Assembly (NCBI RefSeq): GCF_035594765.1
Contig: NC_085841.1
Coordinates: forward strand, 39,787,636-39,851,635
Length of the DNA stretch: 64,000 nucleotides
Direction of reading: 5' to 3'
Origin: Anolis carolinensis
Taxonomy: Eukaryota
The position numbers and the translations under genes are program-made. A model generated the notes under the pieces. That model worked only from the letters and a program-made list of their open reading frames with translations, did not search any database and had not been told where the DNA came from. This document shows, one piece after another, positions 11,269-24,612 of the stretch (its first letter is position 1; every line of letters starts with the position of its first letter).

Positions 11269-12711
11269 AACATCAATTTAAGACAATGATTATTTTATTC
11301 ATTTACATCCATCTTTCTCTCAATAATTAGACTCAATTTTACATAATTGTAAAAAATTGGGATGTCAGGGCAAGCAAATAGAATGAGTATGATTTCATAT
11401 GAAGGGTTCCGCTTTTTAAAATGAAGAAAAAACTCAACCTAGCATTCAGTTTTTGACAGTGGGCGTCAGGGATAGCATGAACATCAGTACGAGAAAGGCA
11501 AAAAGTGCACATAAAGGCAAACCACAGCTGAAATTGCTACAAAGGCACTAGATGTTCATGAGCTAGTCACCATCTTTTCATTTCACCAATCTAAAATAGT
11601 TTTAATTGAGTGTAAAAAGAAGGAAACCTATGCATGCAGCCCCAATCTCCTTGGATAAAGAGCAAGATAAGCATGGTATTTAATTCCTGAACAAGAGCAC
11701 CTGTCAGGAATGCTGCCTGGCAGTATTTCTATATGTATTTAATAGTGTAATTCTACACAACTCAAAAGAAAGTTCAGCTAGGTAATGGGTCCCAACTCCC
11801 AGAAAGTGGTAAACAACTGTATCCTTATTATAGAACAGCAATCTATGTGTTTTGCTATACTGCAAAACATTAGAATTTGAAGCATTGGAGGGGTCTTGGA
11901 TGGTTGTTTTGGTTTTTAAGAATGTGGCCTGAACAGTCTCTCAGACACAGGATTTCCTGTGGTTTTGTTCTTTACCATACAATCACATAATATGCAGTAT
12001 TCTACTTCCTAATACAGAGCAACAGAAGTTGAGTAATTTCAGAAGCATTTCATGAGGAAAGATTAGTATATCCCGATTATAGCACAAACAATTCACAGCT
12101 GTAATGCAGTTCTCTCATAACACCAATATCTCAGGAAACTGCACCTGCTTCTGAGCAGTGTAATAATGTATTTTAGAGATCCTGAACTTTCTGGACAATG
12201 GCAACCATAAACACACAGTATTCTAAAGCAATTCATTCAATTTCAGGAAATAAATCAATGCAATAATCAGATGAACCTTATCTGCTCTCTTCCCTTACCC
12301 AGACTACTCTATCCCACTTTGCTGTGTGATAACAATCTATTTCAACAGGAGGCTTGTTGTCATCCCATTCAATTTCAAACTGTAAATTTTACTGGTTCGA
12401 AGGATTTTAATGTGAGTTTTATGTCTGTGTTTTACTCTATGTCTATTGTATTTTAATTGCAACCTGTCTAAAGCCTTGGAGAGAGGCAAATATGAAATCA
12501 TCAGCAGAAGCAGCATCCCATTTCTTTTCAGAACAGAAGTTACTTGCATACACCTGAGGTCAGAATCTAAGCATGAGTGGGAGCACATGTTAGTATAACT
12601 ACTACTAGGAGCCCTGTTTAAATGAAGAACAATATAAGAAGCCAGCACAAAAGCTTCCCAGACAGCTTTTAATAACCCAAATCATGGCAGAAATGTAACC
12701 CATTTACGTAA

Positions 12712-13035
12712 CGTAAAGGTTTTCCTCTGACATTAAGTCCAGTCGTGTCTGACTCTGGGGGTTGGTGCTCATTTCAATTTCTAAGCTGAAGAGCTGGCAT
12801 GGTCCGTAGACACCCCACGGTCATGTGGCCGGCATGACTGCATAGAGTGCCGTTACCTTCCCGCCGGAGCGGTACCTAGTGATCTACTCACGTTTGCATG
12901 TTTTCGAACTACTAGGTTGGCAGAAGTTGGGGCTAACAGCGGCTGCTCACTCCGCTCCCCGGATTCGAACCTGCAACCTTTTGGTCCACAAGTTCAGCAG
13001 CTCAGCGCTTTAACACGCTGCACCACCGGGGATCC
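12712..13035 (-). mobile_element. Sauria SINE
   Basis: Reverse complement of the copy at 23111. tRNA-like head (ggttcgaatcc) and ACCTTT tail. Confidence 0.85.
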
Positions 13036-13876
13036 TTAACCTCATATGAAACAAATCAATAGAAGTATTATTTTTTTTAAAAAAAACAAGATAGTACCAA
13101 GATGAAAATATGGCTTCAGTTGAACAAAACAACATTTTGCATGAACACAAGCATTTTGTTTTACTACAAAAGTTGGTGGAATAAAGGTTTTACATTACTA
13201 ATGTGTGTTTCTCCCAGCTTGTGATAAATACAACAACTCTCCAGCTACAATTAAGTTCAAGAAAAGAAATTAAAATACTGCTGAAGCCCAGATCCCTAAA
13301 TCTCAGAGGTTTAATTACTGGATTCCCCTTCTAGTCATTAACTTCAGATTAAACAAAGGCAAAATTAAATGTATATTGCACTACATTGTTAAAAAACATT
13401 AAAGATGCCAATAATATTATGCACTAATGGTGCTAAAACTTGACATACAGTTTTGTTAAAAGAGAAATTGGGTTACCTTGATTAATTAATGGATGTTACC
13501 TATAGAAACAATGTAAGCTTTTCAATTAAACCCAAGGGGCAACCTTTATGCACTAATGTGAAGGGGTTGCATTAAAGGCTAACATATGTTGTTAAAACCT
13601 TCTTTCTCTCTCAGAGCTTACACCTACACACAGAAAGACACAGCATCTTACTATATGCTAAGTAGTATGACAACAGTGAGAAAGAGTTCACAGAGCCATA
13701 ATTTTCATTTTATTAACTTCAGTAGTAGATAATAAAATATACTTTTTGTCCCTTATACTGACCTCCATACATGACATTTGGAAAATGAAAACAACAGTAA
13801 TTTCTGAAGATGATTCAGGATGTTACAACTTGGTAAATTTAATTAAGCATGTAGAGAACTGCTGATGAATAAGTAT

Positions 13877-14818
13877 TGTCAAGAGTCAGACACCAACTGA
13901 GAGTTAAATGCAGTTTATTTAACAAACAAATCAAAAAAGCTCAGCAAACTGTCCAAAGAGCTTATAACACTTAAACTTCAGTGTAAATAAGCAGTCAAAA
14001 CGAAGAAAATGCCAAAAGAACAAACCGGAGTATAATCCGGATTATCCGGAGATATAATCGGGATTAAAACCAAGGTGCTTGAATTCAGCTCAAAATTGCA
14101 AGGCAAACTCAAAACAGCAAAACCAACAAGGGCAAATAGAAAACCCACACAGTTCCAGCCCTCCATCGTAGAATAATCCGGATCAAACTTACATCAGTTG
14201 CAAAGTCCCAAGCCAGTCTTTGGAGTCACGTACAGGAAACCCAATGGCACCCAACAACACCTTGCCACACGCAAAGAACAATGGCCAAAAAATCCCCAAT
14301 TTATTTAGGCTTCCTTGGGAGTCCAAACAACCAACGCCTTAGGATCAGGTGTCCCAAGCTCCTCATCAGAGTCTGAGCTCCAAACAGCCAACACCTTAGG
14401 ATCAGGCGTCCCAAGTTCCTCATCAGAGTCAGAATCGCCCTGCCTACAACCAACCCTGTCCACACCTGCGGAATTGCCCTCATTCCTCCAGGCAGACCAT
14501 GTGGGGTCTGCTTTTGAAGAACCCCAAGCTTCTCCTGCGTCCTCAGCATCCATGGGCCCAGTTTCCTCCCCAAGATCCTCCGGAGCCCGTGCCCAGTCTA
14601 TGCCAACTCCTTCTGCCACCACCAGGTTCTCAGCAGTCATTTCCACCTCCGGATCCCCTTCCAAATCCCCAAATGAATCCTCATCTGAGGGTTCCTCAAG
14701 TATCTCCCTGACCCTTTTCCTGTGTAAGTCTTCCAACAAGCCCTCCTCGCGAGGAGTCTTCCTACCCCTCCTGATCCTACCATTGTCACTAACAGCCTCG
14801 GAAGACTCATTCACAACA
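13877..14818 (-). mobile_element. Solo LTR, Gypsy-like (family A, divergent subfamily), 942 bp
   Basis: TG...CA termini. Exact TSD AGTAT (13872-13876 and 14819-14823). Minus-strand AATAAA at 13919-13914. U3 ORF from 14817 to 14305. Confidence 0.9.
14305..14817 (-). CDS. LTR(U3)-encoded acidic ~170-aa ORF, family A
   Basis: Open from LTR +2 (GTT GTG AAT...) with no ATG at the start. Shares RRGRKTPRE, EPSDEDSF, W.R..EDLG, WG.S..DP, W..WR and DSDEEL with ORF 427-840. Confidence 0.6.
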   Translation of the reverse strand, partial: VVNESSEAVSDNGRIRRGRKTPREEGLLEDLHRKRVREILEEPSDEDSFGDLEGDPEVEMTAENLVVAEGVGIDWARAPEDLGEETGPMDAEDAGEAWGSSKADPTWSAWRNEGNSAGVDRVGCRQGDSDSDEELGTPDPKVLAVWSSDSDEELGTPDPKALVVWTPKEA

Positions 14819-15344
14819 AGTATCACTATGGCTTCTTACAAAAGAAGTACTGTCTCACAAATGCCAACAAAAAATGTAAACAGAGATTATATGGTAGCCA
14901 TTGTGTATTTGGGCTTTTAAAAAGAAACTTCTAAGGAAATTCCTTACTAGAGACTTTTCAGGAAGTGCTAAGAAGTCATTGAGAAAAGGGCAAGTTCCCT
15001 TGTTGATTAATAGAAGTGGTTAAATCTGAAAGAGCTGACAGAACTTCCCATCACAAAGTATATAGTGAGAGGAAACAGCAGGGTATGCCTACCCATAAAT
15101 GCAGTTATCTCCATATGGCAAAAGCAAGGTTTGCTCTTTGAATTTTGTTTCTGAATATTTTTGATGTCTGGTTGAATACATGGATGCAGTACCCATGGGT
15201 ATGGAATGCAACAGCAAATTTGCCGTGCTTTGCATGATAGCTCATTGCACCAGTGCTTTGTGACTATTTTGATCAATGGCAATGATAGGTAAAGTCTACT
15301 CCGATGATGAATTGTATTGCCTTTCAATCCTCACCATTAAGTAT

Positions 15345-15705
15345 GGCTCGGTGGTGGCTCCCCGGCTGTGGAACACCCTCCCCAGAGAAATACGGCACGC
15401 CCCAACCCTTCTGAGTTTTAGAAAAGCCCGGAAAACATGGCTATGTGCCCAGGCTTTCGAAGATTAAATGGTAAAGACGACCCCGGACTGATTTACGGCT
15501 ACAGCACGAGGATTTTGGAGGAATGGATTTTAATCATATGTTTTATATTTTTATATTGTTTTAATTGTTTTATTGGATTTTCATTGCTGTTTTAATTATG
15601 TGTAGGCATTGAATTGTTGCCAATTTGTACACCGCCCTGAGTCCCTTCGGGTGAGAAGGGCGGGATATAAATGTTGTAAATAAATAAATAAATAAATAAA
15701 TAAAA
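15345..15705 (+). mobile_element. L2 LINE 3' end
   Basis: APRLWNTLPREIR..PTLLSFRK..KTWL, then the ccgccctgagtcccttcgggtgagaagggcgg tail and (TAAA)n. Confidence 0.8.
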
Positions 15706-17741
15706 TTGCAGTCTAACAATATCCAGAGCAGTTCTATGTTCCTCACAAAAGTTTAACATTGTTTTTGGTTAATTACAGCCATTTCAGAACTCAGCTACTT
15801 ATGATTAGGAAAGTCAGTAGTGTGTTCCAAGGTGCACTTTTTAGCACCAATATCCATTTTTATTTGCTACTGACTCATTTAATCAATTAATCTGGAGTAT
15901 TTATTATATGTATATGAATTTGCCCAATACTCTTCTCTTAAGAACTTGATTTGGATTACACCATTCTGGGAACATAAAATCAATAGAAACAATCAACATA
16001 TAAATACAATTTAAAACCATTAACATTAAGATACTAAAATATAAAAACAGTATCTAGATACACCCCCCTCCCTTCCCCTCCCATCCCCCAATCATGATCT
16101 TAATGTCTTCTTTGCCTCTCTTGGATGGTGCTGCGTGACTGGGCCCCTGCCAGGCTCTGGAGGCAGCAGGTGTTTCTGCTGGGCCCTGTCTCAGCCAGGC
16201 AGTCAGGGCCCAAGTCTGCAAGGAGCCAGTCACCAGGAGCTGAGGTCAAAGGCAGCCTGCGGCAGACAAACACTGCGCTTTCCTCCAAGCTCCCCGTTGC
16301 TGACGTTCTATGGCTCTTTTGGATGGTGCTGGGTCATCTACAAATTCGACCATCTGTAACCCAAGGTAATTAGCAAATAAGAAAAAGAGCACTATCTCAA
16401 ATATTAAGTCTTTTGAATATTTCACAGCTTACTTCCCTAATCCTCTGTTTCCTGCTTTTAACCAGTTACCTAAGCATAAAAGGATTGTCAGTTTATCCCA
16501 TGACTGCTAGGTTTGTCTACAATAAGGATTGTTTCCTAAGGAGCATGGTCAAATAAAACAGTAAAAACAAAAAGAAGGTGGTACTGTACATATACCTGGA
16601 TACTCAAGAGTTTGTACAGGTTGATATCCTTTATTCAAAATGCTTGGGACCAAAAGCATTTTGATTTATGGGTTTTTCTGGATTTTGGAATTCCGTATTT
16701 GCACATAACTATTTTTTTTTCTTCCAAAAAGTCAGGTTACTTCAACTTCTAGCTTGCATTGCAAGTCCCTGCCCATGCACTCCAGGTCCCTCATAGTCAC
16801 AGGTGTAGTCCCTTCACATAACACAGCCCACCAATATGCCTAAGGGGGTGAGGGAAGACACGAAAAGAAAATGTGAGACATGACAGTAGTGTGAAGAGAC
16901 ATCTTTTGGTCATTTAAATTGCTCCCAACTTATAATGGTGACAGCAGAAATACTACTGTTGCTGGCACAGATGCTGCCCATCATTTCCACTCTCTCTCCT
17001 CCATTCACACACACTCTGCATCTCTAAAATCTTGTCAGATCCTGCGGGGGTATCACATCTCCTGCTGGTAAAGAGAAGCAGCTTCCATGGGAAAGCAACT
17101 AAAGAAACAAAGTGGTTGTTTTTGTACCACTACCTGCTGTCAACATGACCTTGGCAGGGCACTGGTTCAGTGACTTCATGGAGACATCATCACCAATAAT
17201 TCTAAAAGGAGTATACCACAGAGACTGTAGAAAGAACAGTGTCAGCTGCTCCTTCCTTTCTCCATCCTCATTACAGAGTGAAAGGGAAGAAAAAAGGAAG
17301 AGGAGGATGGGAGGGCAGGCAAGTGGAAATGGGTAGTTGATAGCAAAAAGTTTCAGGTTTGGAGGTTTTTGGATTTTGGTTTTCCAGATTAGAGGTGCCA
17401 GCCATTGCCCAACCAACCAGTGTCACCCAGCGATTGTCTAACCAACTGACTAGGTCACAGCAGATTCTACATCAACTTACTTTGAAGTAAGCTATACTGA
17501 ATTTGGTTCAGCAACATACTCCCAAGTGGACATGTACTGTAAATCCATTAGTGTTCTTAAAATTTATCAAGCTTTGCAATCTTGAAAAATTAAAAAGAAT
17601 TCAAGACTTTTTCTATTGTTTCTTCCATGACTACTAGGATCTATTCATGTGTAAGTCTAGAAGTTTTTGTCAAGTTTTTGTCAAAAAATCAACTCCAAAA
17701 ACCTGGGTTGGTTTATCCACATGACAATGTGATTTCGCTAC

Positions 17742-18045
17742 CTTCATTCAGTCGCTTCTGACTCTTCGTGACCTCATGGATCAGCCCACGCCAGAGCTCC
17801 CCGTTTGCTGTCGCCACCCTCAGCTCCTTCAAGATCAAGCCAGTCACTTCAAGGATAACATCCATCCATCTTGCCCTTGGTCAGTCCCTCTTCCTTTTTC
17901 CTTCCATTTTCCCCATCATTATCTTCTCCAAGCTTTCCTGTCTTCTCATTATATGGCCAAAGTACTTCATCTTTGTCTCCAATATCCTTCCCTCCATTGA
18001 GCAATCGGGCATTATTTCCTGGAGTATGAACTGGTTTGATCTTCT
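17742..18045 (-). mobile_element. RTE/BovB-type 3' fragment
   Basis: Reverse complement of the fragment at 34183-34445. Encodes EKT.MLGK..G.RKRG..RARWMD-like text. Confidence 0.75.
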
Positions 18046-20569
18046 TAACTTGTAACAAAAAAGGAACCATCCCTTTGTCTAAGTAGAGGAGGGAAAGGCC
18101 AGAGCTTAGTCTGCCCTGAGAGAACCTAAAAGTGGTGGCATCAGTTTTTTTACTCTCTCTGCAGAATGATCTTTGACATCCACAGGAGTATGTAAAAAAT
18201 CCATAATTTTGGTTCCCAAACCTGCCCTCAATGTATACATGAGGTCAACTTGTACATGAGAGTATACCATATTTCTGTGGAAACGGGACCTAAATAGTCT
18301 GATCTGGGAAGGTTGACAGGATCAGTTTTAGTTATTGCTTGTATGGGAGTCTACCAATGAATACCAGGTACTGTAAGCTATATTACAGTGGAGAGAACTA
18401 ACAAAACTACCATAGAGTACTCCTTGTCCAAGAAAACCATATGAAATTTGTGGGATGCCATAAGTCAACAGTTGACTTCAAGGCACACAAAAAACACTCA
18501 GTTCCACAGAATATATTTCAGAATAAGGTGACATATGATTGCAATGGAAGCAATGAAATTGTCAAATGGAAGCAATATTTCAGTGTTCTAAGAAACTTTT
18601 AACTGAGGCAGATACATAAATTGGGCCTGAAAAACAAATTTCCTGTGATTATCTGATTGTTTACGCAGAATATGTACAAATACACAAAACCTTGCTATGA
18701 ATGAAAACTTCCCGAGAGACCAAATTTTTGATAAGAAAATTCAAGTACGTTTTCTGTTAGCCACCACCTCAACTTCCAGCAGCAAACTGAGTCTGAAAAA
18801 TTACCCTGTGACATCTTCTGTCTGATATATTCTGATTTCTGTGAATGCTAAGAACTATTTTAGGCAACAACCAAAAGCAACAGAATCAATTCATAAACAT
18901 TCTTATATATATGAATTTAGGAACATTATAAATTATTTGTAGTTTGCTATTAAGAATTCTTCAAATGAAGAACAAATGCATTAACAACTGTTAACTATAC
19001 TGACCCACCCAAATTATTATCTGAAGTATCAACTGTATTACTTGTTATACTTAAAGGTCTACAACAAACCTGTAGCTCCAGCATGACAGTTTCAAGTCTC
19101 TATTTGCCTCCTCCCATAATATACAAAAAGTAATTTAGTAACTCACTAACACATCACAACATTTAAATAGAGATCATCATACTATGCCACTGCCTCAGAG
19201 CTATGTTGCTGATAGTGTGCAATTATTTTGGCACCTCTCCCATATTCATCAGTTCTACACTTTTAACTACTTGGTCTTTAAATACAGAGTCACCATATTC
19301 TTTAAAAGGCATTAACATTAAAAATGATAGTCAAATATTTGCATGCTGAACTAATTAATTAATTAATTAATTAAGAGACAAAACTTTTTCATAATCAACA
19401 TTCTAACCAGATTATTTATTATTAACACTATGGTGCAACTGATTTGATTAATGATCATCTGATCACATGATCAATCTGACCCATATTTTATGTAAAACAA
19501 GAACTGTTCTCCTCTACATGGCTCTGCATACTGTAACTCATGTCCAATGGCTCACAACATGATATAATTTCAAACATATTTATTAGAGGGAAGCATTCCA
19601 TTGCCAGATTGATCTTGAAGACATGGTGGAAACATAGTATCTTGTATATTAGACAGGTCTTGCTTGGTGGTATTGTGTCTTTATGTATCTTCAAGTCACC
19701 TGTGAACTCATGTTGACTCCATTAATTTCATGGGGCTTTCTTGGGCAAATAGAGATGGTTTTGTCATTTCCTTCCTCTGAAATATGGCCTACAACACCCA
19801 GTGATTTCCTATAAAAGCATTCTAAAGTACAATTCAAATACTTCTGACATATCTAATTACAGCACAGCAATGATATGAAGTTAAAAATAATATTCAGTGT
19901 GGGTATACCTGAATCCAGAAAACTTTTTGAGGCTGAATCTTTTTTTATTTTGTTACTGACAATTAATGCCAAGTCAGTAATGGAAAAACACAATTATCTA
20001 GGACCTGGGGTGCATTTACACAGTTGAAATGATGCAATTTGACACCCCTTGAACTGCCATAGCTCAATACTACGGAATCATGGGAATTGTAGTTTGGTGA
20101 GGCACCCACAATATTTGGCAGAAGAGTAAAGATGCAGTAAATCTACAAAGTATGGACAACATATAAATATCTAACAATTGGGTTCTCACAAGCAAATATT
20201 CCCATCTTAAGTGGTATTTTTAATCACTTATCTTACATATATAGAAACTAATACTATGTAATATATAAGAACTACCTCTGATTAAGATATAAAATGAATT
20301 CTGTACATATGTCAGAATACCATTCATTTCTCATTTATTATAGTTAGCAATTTATATTAATATCACCAGCACTTTATTTTAGTGGGGTAGAATGCTTGAG
20401 TTATTTGTTTTCCCTTCTTGCTTTTGCCCCCTGAGGTTTGGTGCTTTAATGCAGGAAACATACTGCATTATGCACAAGGGATGTAGACCAGTGGTTGACA
20501 ACCTGGGGTCCCCAGAGGTTTTTGGCCTTCAACTCTCAGAAATCTTAACAGCTGGTAAACTGACTGGGA

Positions 20570-20827
20570 TGTAGAAAGCAGTCAGTCTTTGAAACAGCGA
20601 GGCTATTCAGTGCAATTCAAATTGGCTAAAAAACCATTTTCCTACAACGCAAGTACCCAACCTTCCAAGCAGAAAACCTATTCCATTGTATTCCAGCTCA
20701 CCAAACAAGGATTCACGTAAGCAGAAAACATCCAGACTTTAAGGCTACAAGGCTATTCACTGCTATTCCACCTGCTCAACAAATGATTTCCCTTCAGCCA
20801 CAGCAACGCGTGGCCGGGCACAGCTAG
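20570..20827 (+). mobile_element. Helitron 3' fragment
   Basis: Ends gccacagcaacgcgtggccgggcacagCTAG|T. Confidence 0.75.
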
Positions 20828-21811
20828 TTTTAGATATATATAAAACACATTGTTGCTTCATCTTGAAGGATTCTAATAAATGTTTGTGTTGATGACTTGC
20901 TGCATCAAATAGAGAGAATACCCTCCCCCCCCCAATTCTCTCACCTATTACAGCCATTTTTAAGAACTTGCCTCTTTGTGTAAGGAACAGGAAAAAATTG
21001 AATAGACAAAAATGTGCATTTTATAACAGCATCAGAACCAGTTGGGGAGTTTTAAATTCTAGTGCTCAACAGTATACTTACTACATTGCAATCCTAGAGT
21101 ATATCAGTTTATTAAGCAAGACATCGTAAGACATGTGTTGCCCCTTCACACCTTCCTTTCTCTCTTCTTAGCAGACTATAATTGAAAATTTAATTAGTTA
21201 ATCAACCATCATTTTCCAAACTCAGTTTATTTCTTATCCTAATACAAGTAGAAATATTGAAAATGATATGAATGAAAAAAAAGCTAAAAACACACATTTA
21301 ACTAAAATATTACATCTTCTCTTGAAACAGAAGTCTACAATTTGGGGTTGTGATTGTGGTTAAGAAAAATGTATCACTTGACGTTTATTACAATAAAAGG
21401 GAGACTATTTACAGAAATTAGTAATGGTAAATTTGAGCAATAACACTTATTGTGCTGCAGTACAAGGAATAAAGAAAACTAATCCATATGACTAGAATGT
21501 ATTTTATATATCTTAACCTTAATGGTGTGAATGAACAGTCAAAAATCAAATGCAAAAATTAACAAGATAGAATACAGCTGACAATTCATTCACATTTTAA
21601 AATAGTTTCAAACCACATCAATAAAACTTGTGAAATACTAACTTAGAAATGAAGGGACATTCTAGTTCTTGAGCCAGGAAATTTAACAAATATTTCTAAA
21701 ACACATTCATGAATTCTTGGACCTATTTCGCATTATGGAAGTTAACATACATTAGTTATATTCTAAAGCATCTGCACTGAGCGATTCTGAGGTTGTGCCT
21801 TTAGACGAGGA

Positions 21812-21937
21812 CAGTGGTTCTCAAACTGTGGGTCTCCAGATGTTTTGGCCTTCAACTCCCAGAAATCCTAACAGCTGGTAAACTGACTGAGATTTCTGGG
21901 AGTTGTAGGCCAAAATACCTGGGGTTGAGAATCACTG
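21812..21937. mobile_element. hAT-type MITE
   Basis: TIRs CAGTGGTTCTCAA / TTGAGAATCACTG. 8-bp TSD GACGAGGA/GACTAGGA. Related copies at 20489-20570 and 51053-51188. Confidence 0.75.
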
Positions 21938-22668
21938 GACTAGGAGATATAACGAAGGTTAACATAACAGAGCTCTTAAGACAATATTAAAATCAAATAA
22001 CCATCTGAGTATTGCTATAATGGGAAACACCTTCAAATGCAATGTTGTTAGCAGTGGTGTGCTAGGTAGCTAAAAAAAACTCAGTGGTAATACTTTGGTA
22101 AGCTAGAATGTTGTATCTCAAGAAATCTCCTTTGTTTAATAGATGAAAATATCAATTGAACTCTATACTAGCACTGCTCCAACAAGTGTTTGGTCTTCTC
22201 AGAACTGATAGCACTAGTAATCTATTAAGCCACATATATAGTTTGCCACACCATATAGGCAGAGGTCACTTTTTCTGGCAATTTAGAAATCAATAATTTA
22301 TCATGGCACACACTTTTTAGCTCTAGCAGTTACACTCGCTTTGTTGCAGCAGACATTCCCACACCAGAAACTATCTATCTATCTATCTATATATAAGAGT
22401 GATGAAATCACGGCACCGGACAAAACAACAAAACTAAACACCCCACAATCTCGAAAATTGACAGCACAACCCCTCATCCACGCCTCAAGGACAAGACAAC
22501 AAAAAGAAAAGAAAAATAAACTCCTAATTAGAGGGAGAGGAATAATTGTTTTTATCCAATAGCTACCAGTTAGAAGGCTAAACTCCACCCACTTGGTCTC
22601 CTAGCAACCCACTTAGCCCAGGGCCTGAGTTTCGCTGTTTAGTTTAAATTAGAAATTGTCAGAACATT

Positions 22669-23002
22669 AGAGTCATCTCTGGTTGCTTGAGAGTTCGTAT
22701 TAATGCTATGACAGTCGACTCTCATTTAACCGGAACCCGTGGGGAGTGGTTGACGCTGGATAACTGAGAGTAGTCTCTGGTTGCTTGAGAGTTTGTATTA
22801 ATGCTATGAGTTGACTCTCATTTAAACAGCACCCTTGGGGAGTGGTGGATGCCGGATAACTGAGAGTTGTCTCTGGTTGCTTGAGAGTTTGTATTAATGC
22901 TATGACAATTGACTCTCATTTAACCGCCACCCGTGGGGAGTGGTCGATGCCACATAACTGAGAGTCATCTCTGGTTGCTTGAGAGTTTGTATTAATGCTA
23001 TG
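22669..23002. repeat. Tandem repeat, ~98-bp unit, ~3.4 copies
   Basis: Units start at 22671, 22769, 22865 and 22963 (agt..tctctggttgcttgagagtt.gtattaatgctatg...). Confidence 0.9.
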
Positions 23003-23110
23003 CCCCATAGTATGCCATCACATAACCCTGTATGGACTAGACATTAATATTGAAATGCAGCCATTGAAAGCAAATATAAGACCAATGCAGTTCAGACTGC
23101 ATTGGTCTTA

Positions 23111-23440
23111 GGAGCCCCGGTGGCGAAGTGTGTTAAAGCACTGAGCTGCTGAATTTGCAGACCAAAAGGTCCCAGGTTCAAATCCTGGGAGTGGCTTGAA
23201 CGCCCGCTGTTAGCTCCAGCTCCTGCCAACCTAGCAGTTCGAAAACATGGAAATGTGAAATCAATAGATACCGCTCCAGCGGGAAGGTAACAGCACTCCA
23301 TGCAGTCATGCCGGCCACATGACCTTGGAGGTGTCTATGGACAACGCCGGCTCTTCGGCTTAGAAATGGAGATGAGCACTAACCCCCAGAGTCAGACATG
23401 ACTGGACTTAACGTCAGGGGAAACCTATACCTTTACCTTA
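23111..23440 (+). mobile_element. Sauria SINE
   Basis: ggagccccggtggcgaagtgtgttaaagc... with B-box ggttcaaatcc and tail acctttacctta. Confidence 0.85.
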
Positions 23441-23506
23441 GTTCAAACTGAATTATATGGTCAGCATAGACCCATGTAAAGCAGTCCAAGGCCATTCAAA
23501 CCGCAT

Positions 23507-23509
<3 letters not shown>

Positions 23510-23564
<55 letters not shown>
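23510..23564. repeat. (AAT)n microsatellite
   Basis: Direct inspection. Confidence 0.95.
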
Positions 23565-23566
<2 letters not shown>

Positions 23567-23971
23567 GACCCATATAACACAACCCAATGAAATGCAGTGC
23601 AAGAGCCAACACGGCCAACTTGCTATAGTAGCGGGGTTTGGAGGTGGTTGAATTTGCTATCCAGGAGTTGTACTTCACCCGTATCCAGAGAGCACTGAAG
23701 ATAGACAACGTCAGATCTGGACCAAACTTGGCACACAGACTCAACATGCCCAACTGTGAATACTGGCACAATTTTGGAGTCTGGGAATTGTAGTTCACCT
23801 GTATTCAGAGAACACTGAACCCAGCAAATGATGGATCTCGACCAAACTTGGCACACAGACCCAACATGGCCAACTGTGAATATTGGGGAAGCTTTGGGGG
23901 AATTGACCCAAGATTTTTTGTAAATTGTAGTCCACCCACATCCTTCATATTATTACTAAATATCATTGCTA

Positions 23972-24170
23972 TCATAGAATCATAGAATAGTAGAGTTGGA
24001 AGAGACCTCATGGGCCATCCAGTCCAACCCCCCCTGCCAAGAAGCAGGAAATCACATTCAAAGCACCCCCGACAGATGGACATCCAGTCTCTGTTTAAAA
24101 GCCTCCAAAGAAGGAGCCTCCACCACAGTCCGGGGAAGAGAGTTCCACTGCCGAACAGCCCTCACTGTGA
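23972..24170 (-). mobile_element. CR1 LINE 3' fragment
   Basis: (CATAGAAT)n tail. Matches 34470-34690. Confidence 0.7.
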
Positions 24171-24612
24171 GGGCTATTGATTACAGAAGCCTGGGGGAGG
24201 TGCCTTCCACTGAGCCCTGTCTTCTGCTGGTCCTTCTTCAATTCCCTGGACAGGAAGGGAGGGGGTTCAATCAGGGCCACCTAAGCACCTCTAAACAAAG
24301 GATTCACCCAGGGAGGAGGCAGCCAGGCTTTGAAGCTGCAAGGCCATTACATGCTAATCAAGGTGACTAATAACAGCATGCATACCTGCCACACCGAGAC
24401 TATTCAGTGTATTCCAGCTCACCAAACTAGGATTACAATAGGAAGAAAACGGCCATACATTGCGGCTGTAAGGCTATTCACTGCTAATCCACCTGGCCAA
24501 CAAACAAATCCAAAAAGCCATAGCAACGCGTGGCCGGGCACAGCTAGTATCTCAAAAGGTACTAATGATATGACTTGTTTCAATTGTGAGAATGCACACA
24601 CAAAATGAAATA

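Larger units (their letters stand above)
22374..24547 (+). mobile_element. Composite non-autonomous Helitron containing a tandem array, a Sauria SINE and a CR1 fragment
   Basis: 5' TCTATCTATATATAAGAGTGATG... and 3' hairpin + CTAG|T at 24544-24547. Continuity between the two ends is inferred. Confidence 0.55.

Noticed and set aside
14315-14920. 201-aa Ser/Pro-rich ORF (and 438-731) antisense to the LTR ORFs
   Set aside because: These are shadow frames of the acidic ORFs. The synonymous-change pattern supports the opposite strand.
12940-23200. tRNA-like A/B boxes at about 12.96 kb and 23.1-23.2 kb as tRNA genes
   Set aside because: They are SINE heads continuous with SINE bodies and tails, with no complete cloverleaf.
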